Virus record (IMG/VR): IMGVR_UViG_3300042292_000556
Coordinates: 1-61,259 of that record
Length of the DNA: 61,259 bases
Reading direction: 5' to 3' (one strand)
Origin: a virus
Lineage: Duplodnaviria > Caudoviricetes
Shown here: positions 47,776 through 56,523 of the stretch, piece by piece
Layout: each line of letters opens with the position of its first letter
How positions within the stretch are numbered: the first letter of the stretch is position 1
Made by a program: the position numbers and the translations under genes
The notes under the pieces: model-generated
Database searches by the model: none
Told to the model about the DNA's origin: nothing
What the model saw: only the letters and a program-made list of their open reading frames with translations

Positions 47776-48708
47776 TTAGCAAGACTTCTTTTTTAATTTA
47801 CTCATTTGCATAGTTGGAGCACCTGCTTTAGCTGCCATACCCGCCGCTTTAGCTGCTAACCCTCCTTTAATACTTCCTGCTTTACCAACAAGCCCTGTTC
47901 TGGATCTTTGCATAGCTGGAGCCACTGGCTTAGCTGCCGCTGCTGCTGCCGCTTTTTGCTTTTTAGCTCTTACAGCAGCCCCAAATTGGTTCATTTTTCT
48001 TATTTGATCTAACTCTGGCGTACCAAATCCAAAATCGTATGATAGTTGTTTTGTTGGTGCTTTTGACGCTTTTGGCTTTGTAGTTGTAGAAGTCGTTGCT
48101 GGTTTTTTAAATGCTTTTTTTGATACTTGTTTTGCTGGAGGCATTTTAGCACCTGCCTTCATTCTTTGTTTAGCCGGGGCATTAACAACAACTGCTTTTC
48201 CAAGACCTACTAAAGATTGTTTTTGTTTTTCATTAAGATTTTCTGGAGCAGTACCTCCACCCATGGCATTGTAAAGCTCAGCATTTCTAGTTTGTCTGCT
48301 TTTAACGTCTGCATTTCTAATTTCAACTGCTTTAGTTAATTTTTCCGCAGCTTCACCACCTTTTTCCCTCATACTGTTCCATGGGACCTCTTTAACTACA
48401 TTTCTTTTAGAATCATATTCTCTAAGAAAAGATCCAGCTCTTTCTACTGTATGCATAGGTAAGTTTGGAGTAGCTGTCCCTGTAGGGGCATCAATACTAA
48501 TTCCGGTCTGTTTTTCATAATCCTTTTTCATATTAGGATCTTGTCTATTTTCAGCCATTTTTTTCTTACCTTTTTCGTATTCAACGGTAAGTTCAATATC
48601 GGTACCCTGTTTTTCTTGATACATTGGTGATCCACTCATTAATGTAGGCGGAATACCTCTTCCTGTTTGTAAAAATGGAGCTCTTCCATTTGGTAGTTTA
48701 AATGCCAT
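47776..48708 (-). CDS. Basic Ala/Lys-rich protein with repeated [SAP]PxxQ motifs (putative internal head protein)
   Basis: 310 aa; MAFKL start; seven PxxQ motifs. Confidence 0.7.
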   Translation of the reverse strand: MAFKLPNGRAPFLQTGRGIPPTLMSGSPMYQEKQGTDIELTVEYEKGKKKMAENRQDPNMKKDYEKQTGISIDAPTGTATPNLPMHTVERAGSFLREYDSKRNVVKEVPWNSMREKGGEAAEKLTKAVEIRNADVKSRQTRNAELYNAMGGGTAPENLNEKQKQSLVGLGKAVVVNAPAKQRMKAGAKMPPAKQVSKKAFKKPATTSTTTKPKASKAPTKQLSYDFGFGTPELDQIRKMNQFGAAVRAKKQKAAAAAAAKPVAPAMQRSRTGLVGKAGSIKGGLAAKAAGMAAKAGAPTMQMSKLKKKSC

Positions 48709-48727
48709 CTTGTTTTTTTTTAGTTGT

Positions 48728-49081
48728 TTAATTGTTTAGTACTCTTTTATATATAACTGTATCAGGGGCATCACAAACATAATCAGCAACCATAGTGTTT
48801 TCATCTATAATAACAAATTTAGCTAAAGCCTTCCAGTCATTTGGATTGTATAATGTTTTTAAATAAAAATTATTTTTATTAAATTGATAAGATATTACTT
48901 CAAAATCATATCCTGTTAAAGTAGAAAATGATTCTATTTTAAAATCTTTTTTGTTCGTTCCCGTAAATGTAATTTCAACTGTTTCTGATCTCCATTTTCC
49001 TTGAAGGAATTCTTTACTCATTTTTTGAGCGTTAGAGAATAACGATAATGCCAATGCTGTAATAATAAATAAATTTCTCAT
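48728..49081 (-). CDS. Secreted beta-rich protein
   Basis: Signal peptide ending SNA-Q; LQGKW motif; preceded by its own ACGTAAT. Confidence 0.7.
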   Translation of the reverse strand: MRNLFIITALALSLFSNAQKMSKEFLQGKWRSETVEITFTGTNKKDFKIESFSTLTGYDFEVISYQFNKNNFYLKTLYNPNDWKALAKFVIIDENTMVADYVCDAPDTVIYKRVLNN

Positions 49082-49118
49082 AGTGTATATATTTAATTAG
49101 ATTAGTATTAATATATAT

Positions 49119-49125
49119 ATTACGT
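49119..49125 (-). promoter_or_regulatory. Candidate late promoter core ACGTAAT
   Basis: Intergenic, 37 nt before ATG 49081. Confidence 0.55.
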
Positions 49126-49139
49126 ATAATATTTACTTT

Positions 49140-49451
49140 TTATTGTTTTGCATAAGCTTCTTGTTCCCAAGGTAATTTCTTGCTACCTTCTTTCATTGTT
49201 GCTCTTGGATATCTTTTGCCTTTCCAGAACACATAGGAATCATTATAATCTAGATCACCTCTTTTCATTTGATCTAAATGAACTTTCTCGTGTGATATAG
49301 TTTTATTCTTTTTTAATGTAGCAGGTGAAGCATTTTTGTTTACAAGTATACTTCCTGTATTAGTAGCCATACCTAAAACATCATCTCCCATATCTTGTTG
49401 ATATATTGGGGTATTGTCAATCTCGTAAGGACTTCTTAATTTAAACGCCAT
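49140..49451 (-). CDS. Small zincin-like metallopeptidase
   Basis: ISHEKVHLDQ (HExxH) plus PWEQEAY third-ligand motif. Confidence 0.75.
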   Translation of the reverse strand: MAFKLRSPYEIDNTPIYQQDMGDDVLGMATNTGSILVNKNASPATLKKNKTISHEKVHLDQMKRGDLDYNDSYVFWKGKRYPRATMKEGSKKLPWEQEAYAKQ

Positions 49452-49470
49452 ATATCTTGTACATTTAATA

Positions 49471-49500
49471 AAGCAACCACAAATTTCTTCATGGTTGCTC
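49471..49500 (-). terminator. Intrinsic terminator/hairpin
   Basis: Minus strand GAGCAACCAT/GTGGTTGCTT followed by TATT. Confidence 0.6.
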
Positions 49501-49514
49501 TTAAATTATTATTC

Positions 49515-49793
49515 TTAGGAAGCTGTGACTACTGGTGGGTTTGCAATTGTAACTCCAGGAGGTAATACTGCTGAATTTACAATAGGACCAACAGGGCTAA
49601 GCATTGCTTTGTTTATATTAACTATAGTATCTGCAGCACCATCAGCTGAAGTTGTGAAAGTGTAAAGTCTTCCGTGCGCATGAATACCAAAAGTTGTTGT
49701 AGTAATATACACAACTGTATTTATAAGGTCGGTATCAAAAGTAACACTAGGGATACTAGCATTTGTAGTAGGTATTGATATATATCTTGCCAT
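49515..49793 (-). CDS. Putative virion decoration protein
   Basis: 92 aa, MARYISIPT; paralog of 49819-50541. Confidence 0.6.
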   Translation of the reverse strand: MARYISIPTTNASIPSVTFDTDLINTVVYITTTTFGIHAHGRLYTFTTSADGAADTIVNINKAMLSPVGPIVNSAVLPPGVTIANPPVVTAS

Positions 49794-49818
49794 TTTTTTT
49801 ATTTTTATTTGTTAATTA

Positions 49819-50541
49819 TTATACTACTGTTAATGTTGTTACCGTTAAATCTGCTGCTGATATTGTTGCTGCTGCAAGAGTAGTAGTCGGTGCTGCAGAT
49901 ACTACAAATTGAGTTCCATTTGTAATAGAAGCAATTGTTGTATTTAAAGCAAATGCGCCTGCTCCCGCAACAACAGTAACCGTCATACCAACTGATAAAC
50001 CAGCTGTACTATTTACTGTAATAGTTGTTTGTCCTGTAGCGCCTACTCCATTTGTAACTAATGTAGCATTTAAGTCTACATTCGAGCAAATAGGAGATGG
50101 ATTCCCACTAATTATAGCATTGTTTATAATTTTTGATGCAGCAATTGCATTAGCATTTTGAACAGCCGAAGTTGTTCCACTAAAAGTAAGTCTAAATGCT
50201 TTGCTCTGCATCCACAAAGTAGAATAAGGAGTTGTTGCTACAATTGTTGCTCCAGAAAGAGTTGTAGTTGGAGCAGTTGAAACAACAAAAGTAGTACTAT
50301 TAGTAACTGAAGAAACAATAGTACCAGGTGCAAATACACCCGTTCCTGCTGTAACAGTTACTGCCATACCAGCTACTAATCCAGTTGTACTTGTAACAGT
50401 TATTGTAGTTGTACTACCTGCACCAGCCGCTAATGATACTGTTTCAGTAGATGGCGGCATTACCGCTGTAATGTTATCCTTATTGAAAAGAATATTTGGT
50501 TGCCCAACAATCTGTGTTGGAATAGAAATGTATTTTCCCAT
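49819..50541 (-). CDS. Putative virion decoration protein with two 58-aa Thr-rich repeats
   Basis: MGKYISIPT; repeats at aa 45-102 and 172-229. Confidence 0.65.
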   Translation of the reverse strand: MGKYISIPTQIVGQPNILFNKDNITAVMPPSTETVSLAAGAGSTTTITVTSTTGLVAGMAVTVTAGTGVFAPGTIVSSVTNSTTFVVSTAPTTTLSGATIVATTPYSTLWMQSKAFRLTFSGTTSAVQNANAIAASKIINNAIISGNPSPICSNVDLNATLVTNGVGATGQTTITVNSTAGLSVGMTVTVVAGAGAFALNTTIASITNGTQFVVSAAPTTTLAAATISAADLTVTTLTVV

Positions 50542-50577
50542 TTTTGTTTTTTTGTTTGTTAATATATTGATTTTTGT

Positions 50578-50793
50578 TTATCTGCTTTTTGCTCTTTGGG
50601 TAATTGGCATGATCATTGGCGATTCATCACCACAATCCATTTTTAATTTAATGCCGTTTTTTCCACTGCTAGATCCTTGACCTTTTGGATAACCAGTTGT
50701 ATCAAATGGTCCATCCCATAAGTGATTTAATCCAGAGACTTTATCTCTTGCCATTTTCATCAAATGTGGATCAGTTGTTTTTTCGTTCATCAT
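50578..50793 (-). CDS. Hypothetical protein
   Basis: 71-aa ORF (WDGP...G.P.G.GSSSG..G). Confidence 0.7.
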   Translation of the reverse strand: MMNEKTTDPHLMKMARDKVSGLNHLWDGPFDTTGYPKGQGSSSGKNGIKLKMDCGDESPMIMPITQRAKSR

Positions 50794-50811
50794 ATCTTTG
50801 TTATTTAATAA

Positions 50812-51081
50812 TTACATTTGTGGTTCTTGCGCGGGATCCATACTTGACATTGTTCTGTCAAATGAATTTTCCATACCTGTTCCAAATACACCATTAATTG
50901 TAGATGCATTTTGTGGACTAAACGGCACTGGTGCTCCAGTTGGTTTAATATTAGGATTCATCGGTCTAGGTGGTGCCATTAAGCTTTGATTAGCACCCAT
51001 CTTTGGATTTAATGTTTGTGATGCATTGGTATAATTATCAACCGTTAATTTAGGTTGTATATCCTGTAAATAATTTTTCAT
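50812..51081 (-). CDS. Hypothetical Pro/Met-rich protein
   Basis: 89-aa ORF. Confidence 0.65.
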   Translation of the reverse strand: MKNYLQDIQPKLTVDNYTNASQTLNPKMGANQSLMAPPRPMNPNIKPTGAPVPFSPQNASTINGVFGTGMENSFDRTMSSMDPAQEPQM

Positions 51082-51524
51082 CGCGTTTTATCTTGGTTAA
51101 CATTCTGTATTGCTGATTGTAAAACAGTATCTGTGTAAGTTTTACCCTTCATTATAATATTTCTTCTTTCGCTGGTTGGTATATCTTCATCACCAATCAT
51201 AATACGGTACATCCTACTTATTAGTTGTTTGCACTTGAAAGAGACTTTATATATATTGTATTTTTGAGTTGTATGGTTTCTTTTTCTCCAAACCACTATC
51301 CACCCTTCTTTTAACAACCTGTCCCAGCGCATCTTATCCCAACTATATGTATAAGTACCTATTTCATAATCATGTCTAGTAAAGAAATCTAAACAATCAA
51401 AGTATATTAATAATTCTAAATCCGCATCAGCAAGACCATTGTTCCTGCAAGCCCATCTCCTAATTATTCTGTAATGTTTTAATAAACCAGATTCACGTAG
51501 ATCACTAGCTTCTAAACGTCTCAT
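51078..51524 (-). CDS. Hypothetical protein, possibly winged-helix
   Basis: 148 aa; DLELLIY...RLLKEGWI...YKVS pattern. Confidence 0.7.
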   Translation of the reverse strand: MRRLEASDLRESGLLKHYRIIRRWACRNNGLADADLELLIYFDCLDFFTRHDYEIGTYTYSWDKMRWDRLLKEGWIVVWRKRNHTTQKYNIYKVSFKCKQLISRMYRIMIGDEDIPTSERRNIIMKGKTYTDTVLQSAIQNVNQDKTR

Positions 51525-51784
51525 AATACAACAACTATATCTTGTAATTTTATAACTGTATATTTATTGCCTTCAAATTCAATCATGTGACCAGCGTGTT
51601 TATCATAGTAGATCTCGTCTCCCTCTTTAATAGCTGTTATGTCTTCACTGACTGATACTATTGTTGCTTCTTTATATCTAATATCTTCACTGTCTTTTTC
51701 TTTTAAAATAAGACCGTCTTTTGTTTTCTTTGTAGCTTCTACCTTCTTTGGTAAAATAACTATATTATTACCTATTGCCTTCAT
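51521..51784 (-). CDS. groS: Co-chaperonin GroES
   Basis: KTKDGLIL mobile loop, IKEGDEIYY, IKLQDIVVV; adjacent to GroEL. Confidence 0.88.
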   Translation of the reverse strand: MKAIGNNIVILPKKVEATKKTKDGLILKEKDSEDIRYKEATIVSVSEDITAIKEGDEIYYDKHAGHMIEFEGNKYTVIKLQDIVVVL

Positions 51785-53321
51785 TAATTCTTAAATTATT
51801 AATTACACAATCGGTTGATAAAATAGTTGTTGCAACTGAAGAAGCATTCTTTAATGCAGACTTTGTTACAAGCAATGGATCAATAATACCAGCTTCAATC
51901 ATATTAACAATCTCTCCTGTTATAACATTTAATCCTATTCCTTCATTTTGAGGCATTGGTATTTCAATTCCTGCATTTGATAATATCGTATGATAAGGTG
52001 CTTTGATTGCATCTAATAATACCCATTCTCCTTCTGTTAATCCACCAATATACATTGCCGCATTCATTAAAGCAATTCCTCCTCCAGGTACAATACCTTC
52101 TTTGATCGCCGCTTTAGTTGCACAAATAGCATCTTCAACTCTATCTGCTTTTTCTTTTAATTCTATATCTGACCCAGCACCAACTTTTACAACTGCTACT
52201 TTACCGGATAATCTTGCTAATCTTCTTTCCAATCGAATTACTTCTGCTGGAGCTTTAGCAACTTCTAATTGTTTTTTTACTGTATCAATAAGATCAATTA
52301 CTTCTTGTGAATATTCCCCAACTTGAATAATTGTTTCTGTATCTGTTGTTACAGATTTAATGCATGATCCTAAATGTTCTGGAGTTATAAGATCCATATC
52401 ATCTCCAAGATCTTCATTAATAATTGTAGCACCAGTTAATAATGCTAAATCATCTAAGGTATCTTTTTTATTAATACCGTATGTTGGTGCATTAATAACA
52501 TTTGCTTTTAAATTACCTTTAACTTTATTCATTGCAATGACTGAAAGAACTTGTGGTTCCATGTCCGCAATAATAAGTAACGGTTTTTTTATTTTCATAC
52601 AGTGTTCTAAAACGCCTTGTATTTGTCTAATATTTTCAATTGGTGATTCAACTATAAGAACTAAAGCATTATCTAACTCTGCTGCCTTCTTAGACACACT
52701 TGTTATAAAATGTGAATTAACTAATCCTTTATCATATTGAATACCATCAATAATTTCTATTTCTGTTGTATTAAGATCTGACATCTCCATCATCACAACA
52801 CCATTGTCTCCAGCCGCTCTAAAAGCATCTCCAATAACTTTACCAAGTTCAGGATCATTATTTACTGAGATTGTAGCCACGTGATCAATCATATCGCCTG
52901 ATACCGGAATTGCAACACTTTCTAAATACTCAATTACTTTTTCTGTAGCGTTTTCAATACCTTCTTTTAATTCTCTGCTACTAACTGTTTTGGGCACTTT
53001 ATAAGCATGGTGCAAAATAGAATGCGTTAATACCGTTGCGGTTGTTGTTCCGTCTCCGGCTTCTTTAACTGTTTTCCTTGCTGCTTCCTTAAGTAACGTT
53101 GCACCCATATTTTCAACTGGATCCAATAGTATAATACTATCCGCTACTGTTACACCATCTTTTGTTATCACCGGTCTACCGGCTCCATCTTCCAATATTA
53201 CACATTTACCGCTAGCACCAAGTGTTGAACTTACGGCTTTAGTTAATTTAGTAATACCTTCAAATATCTTATTCTTTGCGTCTTCCCCAAAGTTAAGATT
53301 TTTTACAATTGCTTCTGTCAT
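51768..53321 (-). CDS. groL: Chaperonin GroEL
   Basis: ITKDGVTVA, AGDGTTTATVL, EGIVPGGG, GIIDP..VT. Confidence 0.96.
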   Translation of the reverse strand: MTEAIVKNLNFGEDAKNKIFEGITKLTKAVSSTLGASGKCVILEDGAGRPVITKDGVTVADSIILLDPVENMGATLLKEAARKTVKEAGDGTTTATVLTHSILHHAYKVPKTVSSRELKEGIENATEKVIEYLESVAIPVSGDMIDHVATISVNNDPELGKVIGDAFRAAGDNGVVMMEMSDLNTTEIEIIDGIQYDKGLVNSHFITSVSKKAAELDNALVLIVESPIENIRQIQGVLEHCMKIKKPLLIIADMEPQVLSVIAMNKVKGNLKANVINAPTYGINKKDTLDDLALLTGATIINEDLGDDMDLITPEHLGSCIKSVTTDTETIIQVGEYSQEVIDLIDTVKKQLEVAKAPAEVIRLERRLARLSGKVAVVKVGAGSDIELKEKADRVEDAICATKAAIKEGIVPGGGIALMNAAMYIGGLTEGEWVLLDAIKAPYHTILSNAGIEIPMPQNEGIGLNVITGEIVNMIEAGIIDPLLVTKSALKNASSVATTILSTDCVINNLRINEGNR

Positions 53322-53358
53322 GATTTGATTTTATTTAATTTAAGTTGATAGTTGTATT

Positions 53359-53365
53359 ATTACGT
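53359..53365 (-). promoter_or_regulatory. Candidate late promoter core ACGTAAT
   Basis: Intergenic, 37 nt before the groEL ATG. Confidence 0.55.
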
Positions 53366-53383
53366 ATATTTTAGTCTTTTAGG

Positions 53384-53854
53384 TTATAATAGTTTACTTT
53401 TAAATTTTTTATATAACCAAACAACTAATATTAATAACACAATCCAAATAGATAAATAGAACATAATTGTTTTTGCTTCTTTCTTGTCTACTGTTTTAAC
53501 TTTCTCTTTCTTTGTTTCTTTAATTACTGTTTTAGCTCGTTTTAAGCTTGTTTTAGACACTTTATTATCTTCTGAATATATAGTGTTATCTTTCTTATTT
53601 TTAATCTTAACACGTGCATTAAAATACTTTTTGTCAGCAACAACAAATTCTTTAGTAGAATCTATTGGAGTAAATTCAATTTCTTGCGTTTCAACATTGT
53701 ATTTAATTTCCGTATTTACTACTTCGTTAACAGAATCCTTTTGTGTAACAACTTCAACAGTTGTTTTATCTTCTGTTTTATCTTCTTTATTTACTTTTCT
53801 GGCACCACACGCTATAAGTAATGTCGATGCTAATATCAATATCAAGTTTTTCAT
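53384..53854 (-). CDS. Candidate unimolecular spanin
   Basis: N-terminal lipobox LIAC plus C-terminal transmembrane helix; directly downstream of endolysin. Confidence 0.6.
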   Translation of the reverse strand: MKNLILILASTLLIACGARKVNKEDKTEDKTTVEVVTQKDSVNEVVNTEIKYNVETQEIEFTPIDSTKEFVVADKKYFNARVKIKNKKDNTIYSEDNKVSKTSLKRAKTVIKETKKEKVKTVDKKEAKTIMFYLSIWIVLLILVVWLYKKFKSKLL

Positions 53855-53855
53855 A

Positions 53856-54320
53856 TTATTCTTTTATTTCAAAATGCATCCAATCATAATTTTTTTCTCT
53901 ACCCAACGATATAAATCCATGTTTATAAAATATGTCAATCATTGGTTTGTACTCCGATTTTGCAAATCGAGCCGTCTTGCTTGTTTCTTTTAATTGATTT
54001 CTAGCCGGATCTAAATCAATAGCTATTCCCCAAGAGTGCATAGACCAGTCATTACCGCCTCTCATTTTTCTAAAGTTGAAGCATCCTCCAAATAAGTCAA
54101 TGCCTAATTCTTTTATTTTAGCATAACCATATACTCTTAATATTTCATTAAACACCGCTAAGAATCTTCCAGCAACCAATTTATGGCATCTCATTTTATT
54201 AACAACACTTTCTGTGTCCCAGGCTATTCGCATTGGATAAGGCAATAGTATAGTTACTAAATAACCGTCACCGGTTACATTAGGTTTACCATATTTAGAT
54301 ATTGTCTCCTTTGTTGTCAT
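53856..54320 (-). CDS. Endolysin, M15-family peptidase
   Basis: R...[11 protein letters not shown]...DWMHFE zinc peptidase motifs. Confidence 0.88.
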   Translation of the reverse strand: MTTKETISKYGKPNVTGDGYLVTILLPYPMRIAWDTESVVNKMRCHKLVAGRFLAVFNEILRVYGYAKIKELGIDLFGGCFNFRKMRGGNDWSMHSWGIAIDLDPARNQLKETSKTARFAKSEYKPMIDIFYKHGFISLGREKNYDWMHFEIKE

Positions 54321-54474
54321 CTTTTTTCTTTCTTAATGTTTCTACTGTTTTTAATAATGTATAAAATATTGATGCTATTAATAACATTATCTTTAAAGCA
54401 CTTTCAATGTTTGAAAAGCTCAATGCCATAGTTACACTATTTACTATATAAAGTCTCAAATCCGTATTAGACAT
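54295..54474 (-). CDS. Putative holin/antiholin (59 aa)
   Basis: Manual [45 protein letters not shown]...; TM helix and charged tail, overlapping the endolysin start. Confidence 0.6.
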   Translation of the reverse strand: MSNTDLRLYIVNSVTMALSFSNIESALKIMLLIASIFYTLLKTVETLRKKKDDNKGDNI

Positions 54475-54664
54475 TTTTAGTTTTCATTAAACGTTCAACA
54501 ATATTTGTAACACCTTCTATAGTTATATATGATGTTGCAACAATCACCCAATCAGTAGATGTAAGATTTCCAGAGAATAAACCTACTGAAGCAATTACAA
54601 ATACAGTTAATTTTCTACTCACCCATTTACTAAGTAGTAAGTCTATTTTTTCTTTACTACTCAT
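54467..54664 (-). CDS. Putative holin
   Basis: 65 aa, SRKL plus two TM segments, in the lysis cassette. Confidence 0.6.
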   Translation of the reverse strand: MSSKEKIDLLLSKWVSRKLTVFVIASVGLFSGNLTSTDWVIVATSYITIEGVTNIVERLMKTKNV

Positions 54665-55332
54665 TAGTAAGTTTTTGTAAGATTAAACATTCCACAATAA
54701 ATAGAGTTAGAAGCGCTAGCTGCTCCCCACTGTACTGTTACAACAATGGTGTTTGATACCGTTGTATCAAAATCCTCTTCGTTTTGTTTTTCAAAACTTA
54801 ATAATTCAGGAGTATTACTACCGTTCTTATTATATGAAAACCTAGTAGCCGTTGTGGCTATAGCTGTACCAGCTGCACCGGCTTGACGAACGGTAAGATC
54901 CATATCTAAAGACCATTGCTTAGATGTAGCAGCACTCATAGTCATTGCTCCTGTTTCCGCTAAAACAACTCCATCACTTGTAGCTACTGTTATTTCAAGA
55001 GTAGCAGCGGCTAAAGAACTAAGAGCCCCAGTCATTCTAATGTTTAAAGAACTCCCCGTAAGAAGTGTATTTGCTGCAATGGTTCTACTACCAACACCTG
55101 TTCCATATAAATTTCCTACTATTGTTGTATTACTTATTAAAGGAGAACTATCCGTTTGAGAAAATAAACCATAGTTTACACTTGCCGGTATTGCATTACC
55201 ATTTTCTATTAAAGCTAGTATTTCACTTACTCTAAAGTTTCTAGTGATATTACCTGCATCTTGTATTTTTGTACCTAATAGCAAATCGTTTAATTCCGGT
55301 AATGCTGTTGGGAATGTAGTTATTATTGACAT
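54664..55332 (-). CDS. Putative structural/fibre protein
   Basis: Paralog of 57897-58547 (GLF.QT, G.GVG..T..AN, F.TT..NT....QW). Confidence 0.6.
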   Translation of the reverse strand: MSIITTFPTALPELNDLLLGTKIQDAGNITRNFRVSEILALIENGNAIPASVNYGLFSQTDSSPLISNTTIVGNLYGTGVGSRTIAANTLLTGSSLNIRMTGALSSLAAATLEITVATSDGVVLAETGAMTMSAATSKQWSLDMDLTVRQAGAAGTAIATTATRFSYNKNGSNTPELLSFEKQNEEDFDTTVSNTIVVTVQWGAASASNSIYCGMFNLTKTY

Positions 55333-55350
55333 GTCTTTATAATTATTTGT

Positions 55351-55701
55351 TTAACAATTCCACTTGTCTAATGCAAGTTTCTTTCTAGTTGGTTCTCCGT
55401 TAGGTTTTTTCATTGGTCCTGGCATACCAGACATTCTTGCACAGAAAGATTTTCTACGCTTTGCATCTTTACTACCCGGTTTTAACTCAGATGGTTTTTT
55501 AGTTACAGCTGTCTGTAATTTAGATCCTGGATTTTCTCTTCTATAACTTGCAACACCTTTAGCATTCAATCCACCTTTAGGATCTTTACCTTCTTTACGC
55601 GTCCAAGCTGCTGTTTTCTTTAATGGAGAACTATCACAACCACATTTATGTTTCAAAGCATCATTAGTCTCAGCGAAACGGTCTAATATTTTTGGTCTCA
55701 T
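55351..55701 (-). CDS. Conserved basic phage protein (DUF6321-like)
   Basis: AAWTRKEGK.PKGGLNAKG...RRKSFCARM.G...ALDKWNC. Confidence 0.7.
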   Translation of the reverse strand: MRPKILDRFAETNDALKHKCGCDSSPLKKTAAWTRKEGKDPKGGLNAKGVASYRRENPGSKLQTAVTKKPSELKPGSKDAKRRKSFCARMSGMPGPMKKPNGEPTRKKLALDKWNC

Positions 55702-55713
55702 TATTTATTTATT

Positions 55714-55968
55714 TTATGATACATTACTTTTACTAGATCTTCTAGCACCCATACCAACTTTCTTTTTTGCTGATACAACTTTTGTTTTCTCTGCTTGTGT
55801 CATTTGACCCCAAGGTTTTGGAGAATCTTTACTAACTCTAACTGATGGCCTGCATGCTTTAACTCCTTTATTTTTAGTTGAACCACATGGATTACCTTTT
55901 TCATCGGTCCACTTTTCTTTAAACCATCTTTTTAGTGATGCTCCTTTTTCAGTCTTACGGATAGCCAT
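55714..55968 (-). CDS. Conserved basic phage protein (likely start MAIRK)
   Basis: LKRWFKEKW...PCG...ACRP. Confidence 0.7.
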   Translation of the reverse strand: MAIRKTEKGASLKRWFKEKWTDEKGNPCGSTKNKGVKACRPSVRVSKDSPKPWGQMTQAEKTKVVSAKKKVGMGARRSSKSNVS

Positions 55969-55969
55969 A

Positions 55970-56299
55970 TTACTTTCCTTTATTCTTTCTACATTTAGCA
56001 ATAGCACCACTCGCATAAGCCGATGGAAATACATCATAAGTAGCTTTTACTTTTTTATAACATGCATCTTTAAGCTTTAATGGTGATTTCTGTTTCATCG
56101 GAGATTCAATAACTCCTCTACCAATTAAAACATCTTTCTGAGTAACTTTACCATCACCGCTTAGATCTTTTAATTTTTTCATTGGACTTTTACCACATTG
56201 GCAAATACCTCTACATCCGCAACCTTTACCTGTACCTTCTCCAATAGTATAACCATTGTTTTTATTCATACCTAATCCTTGTGGTCCTATTCCTCTCAT
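55970..56299 (-). CDS. Basic protein with EF-hand-like loop and SPxK motifs
   Basis: DLSGDGKVTQKD; DACYKKVK..Y.VFPSAYASGA..KCRK. Confidence 0.7.
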   Translation of the reverse strand: MRGIGPQGLGMNKNNGYTIGEGTGKGCGCRGICQCGKSPMKKLKDLSGDGKVTQKDVLIGRGVIESPMKQKSPLKLKDACYKKVKATYDVFPSAYASGAIAKCRKNKGK

Positions 56300-56304
56300 A
56301 TCTT

Positions 56305-56523
56305 TTATTTTTGTATTTCTTCTTCTTCTATTATAGGGTTGTAATCAATAACCTCTAACTGTTTTAGTTTATCTAAAATAGCAGTATACGCTTCACAGTA
56401 TAAAACATTCACATCAGTTATCCAATTATCATTTGCATCTTTAATAAATGATAATCTATATGGTAAATTTTCAAATCCATTAAGCTCTTTATATTGAGCT
56501 TCATTTGCTTTAAGTACTTTCAT
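56305..56523 (-). CDS. Hypothetical protein (possible fibre-associated)
   Basis: 72-aa ORF coupled to the upstream gene. Confidence 0.7.
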   Translation of the reverse strand: MKVLKANEAQYKELNGFENLPYRLSFIKDANDNWITDVNVLYCEAYTAILDKLKQLEVIDYNPIIEEEEIQK

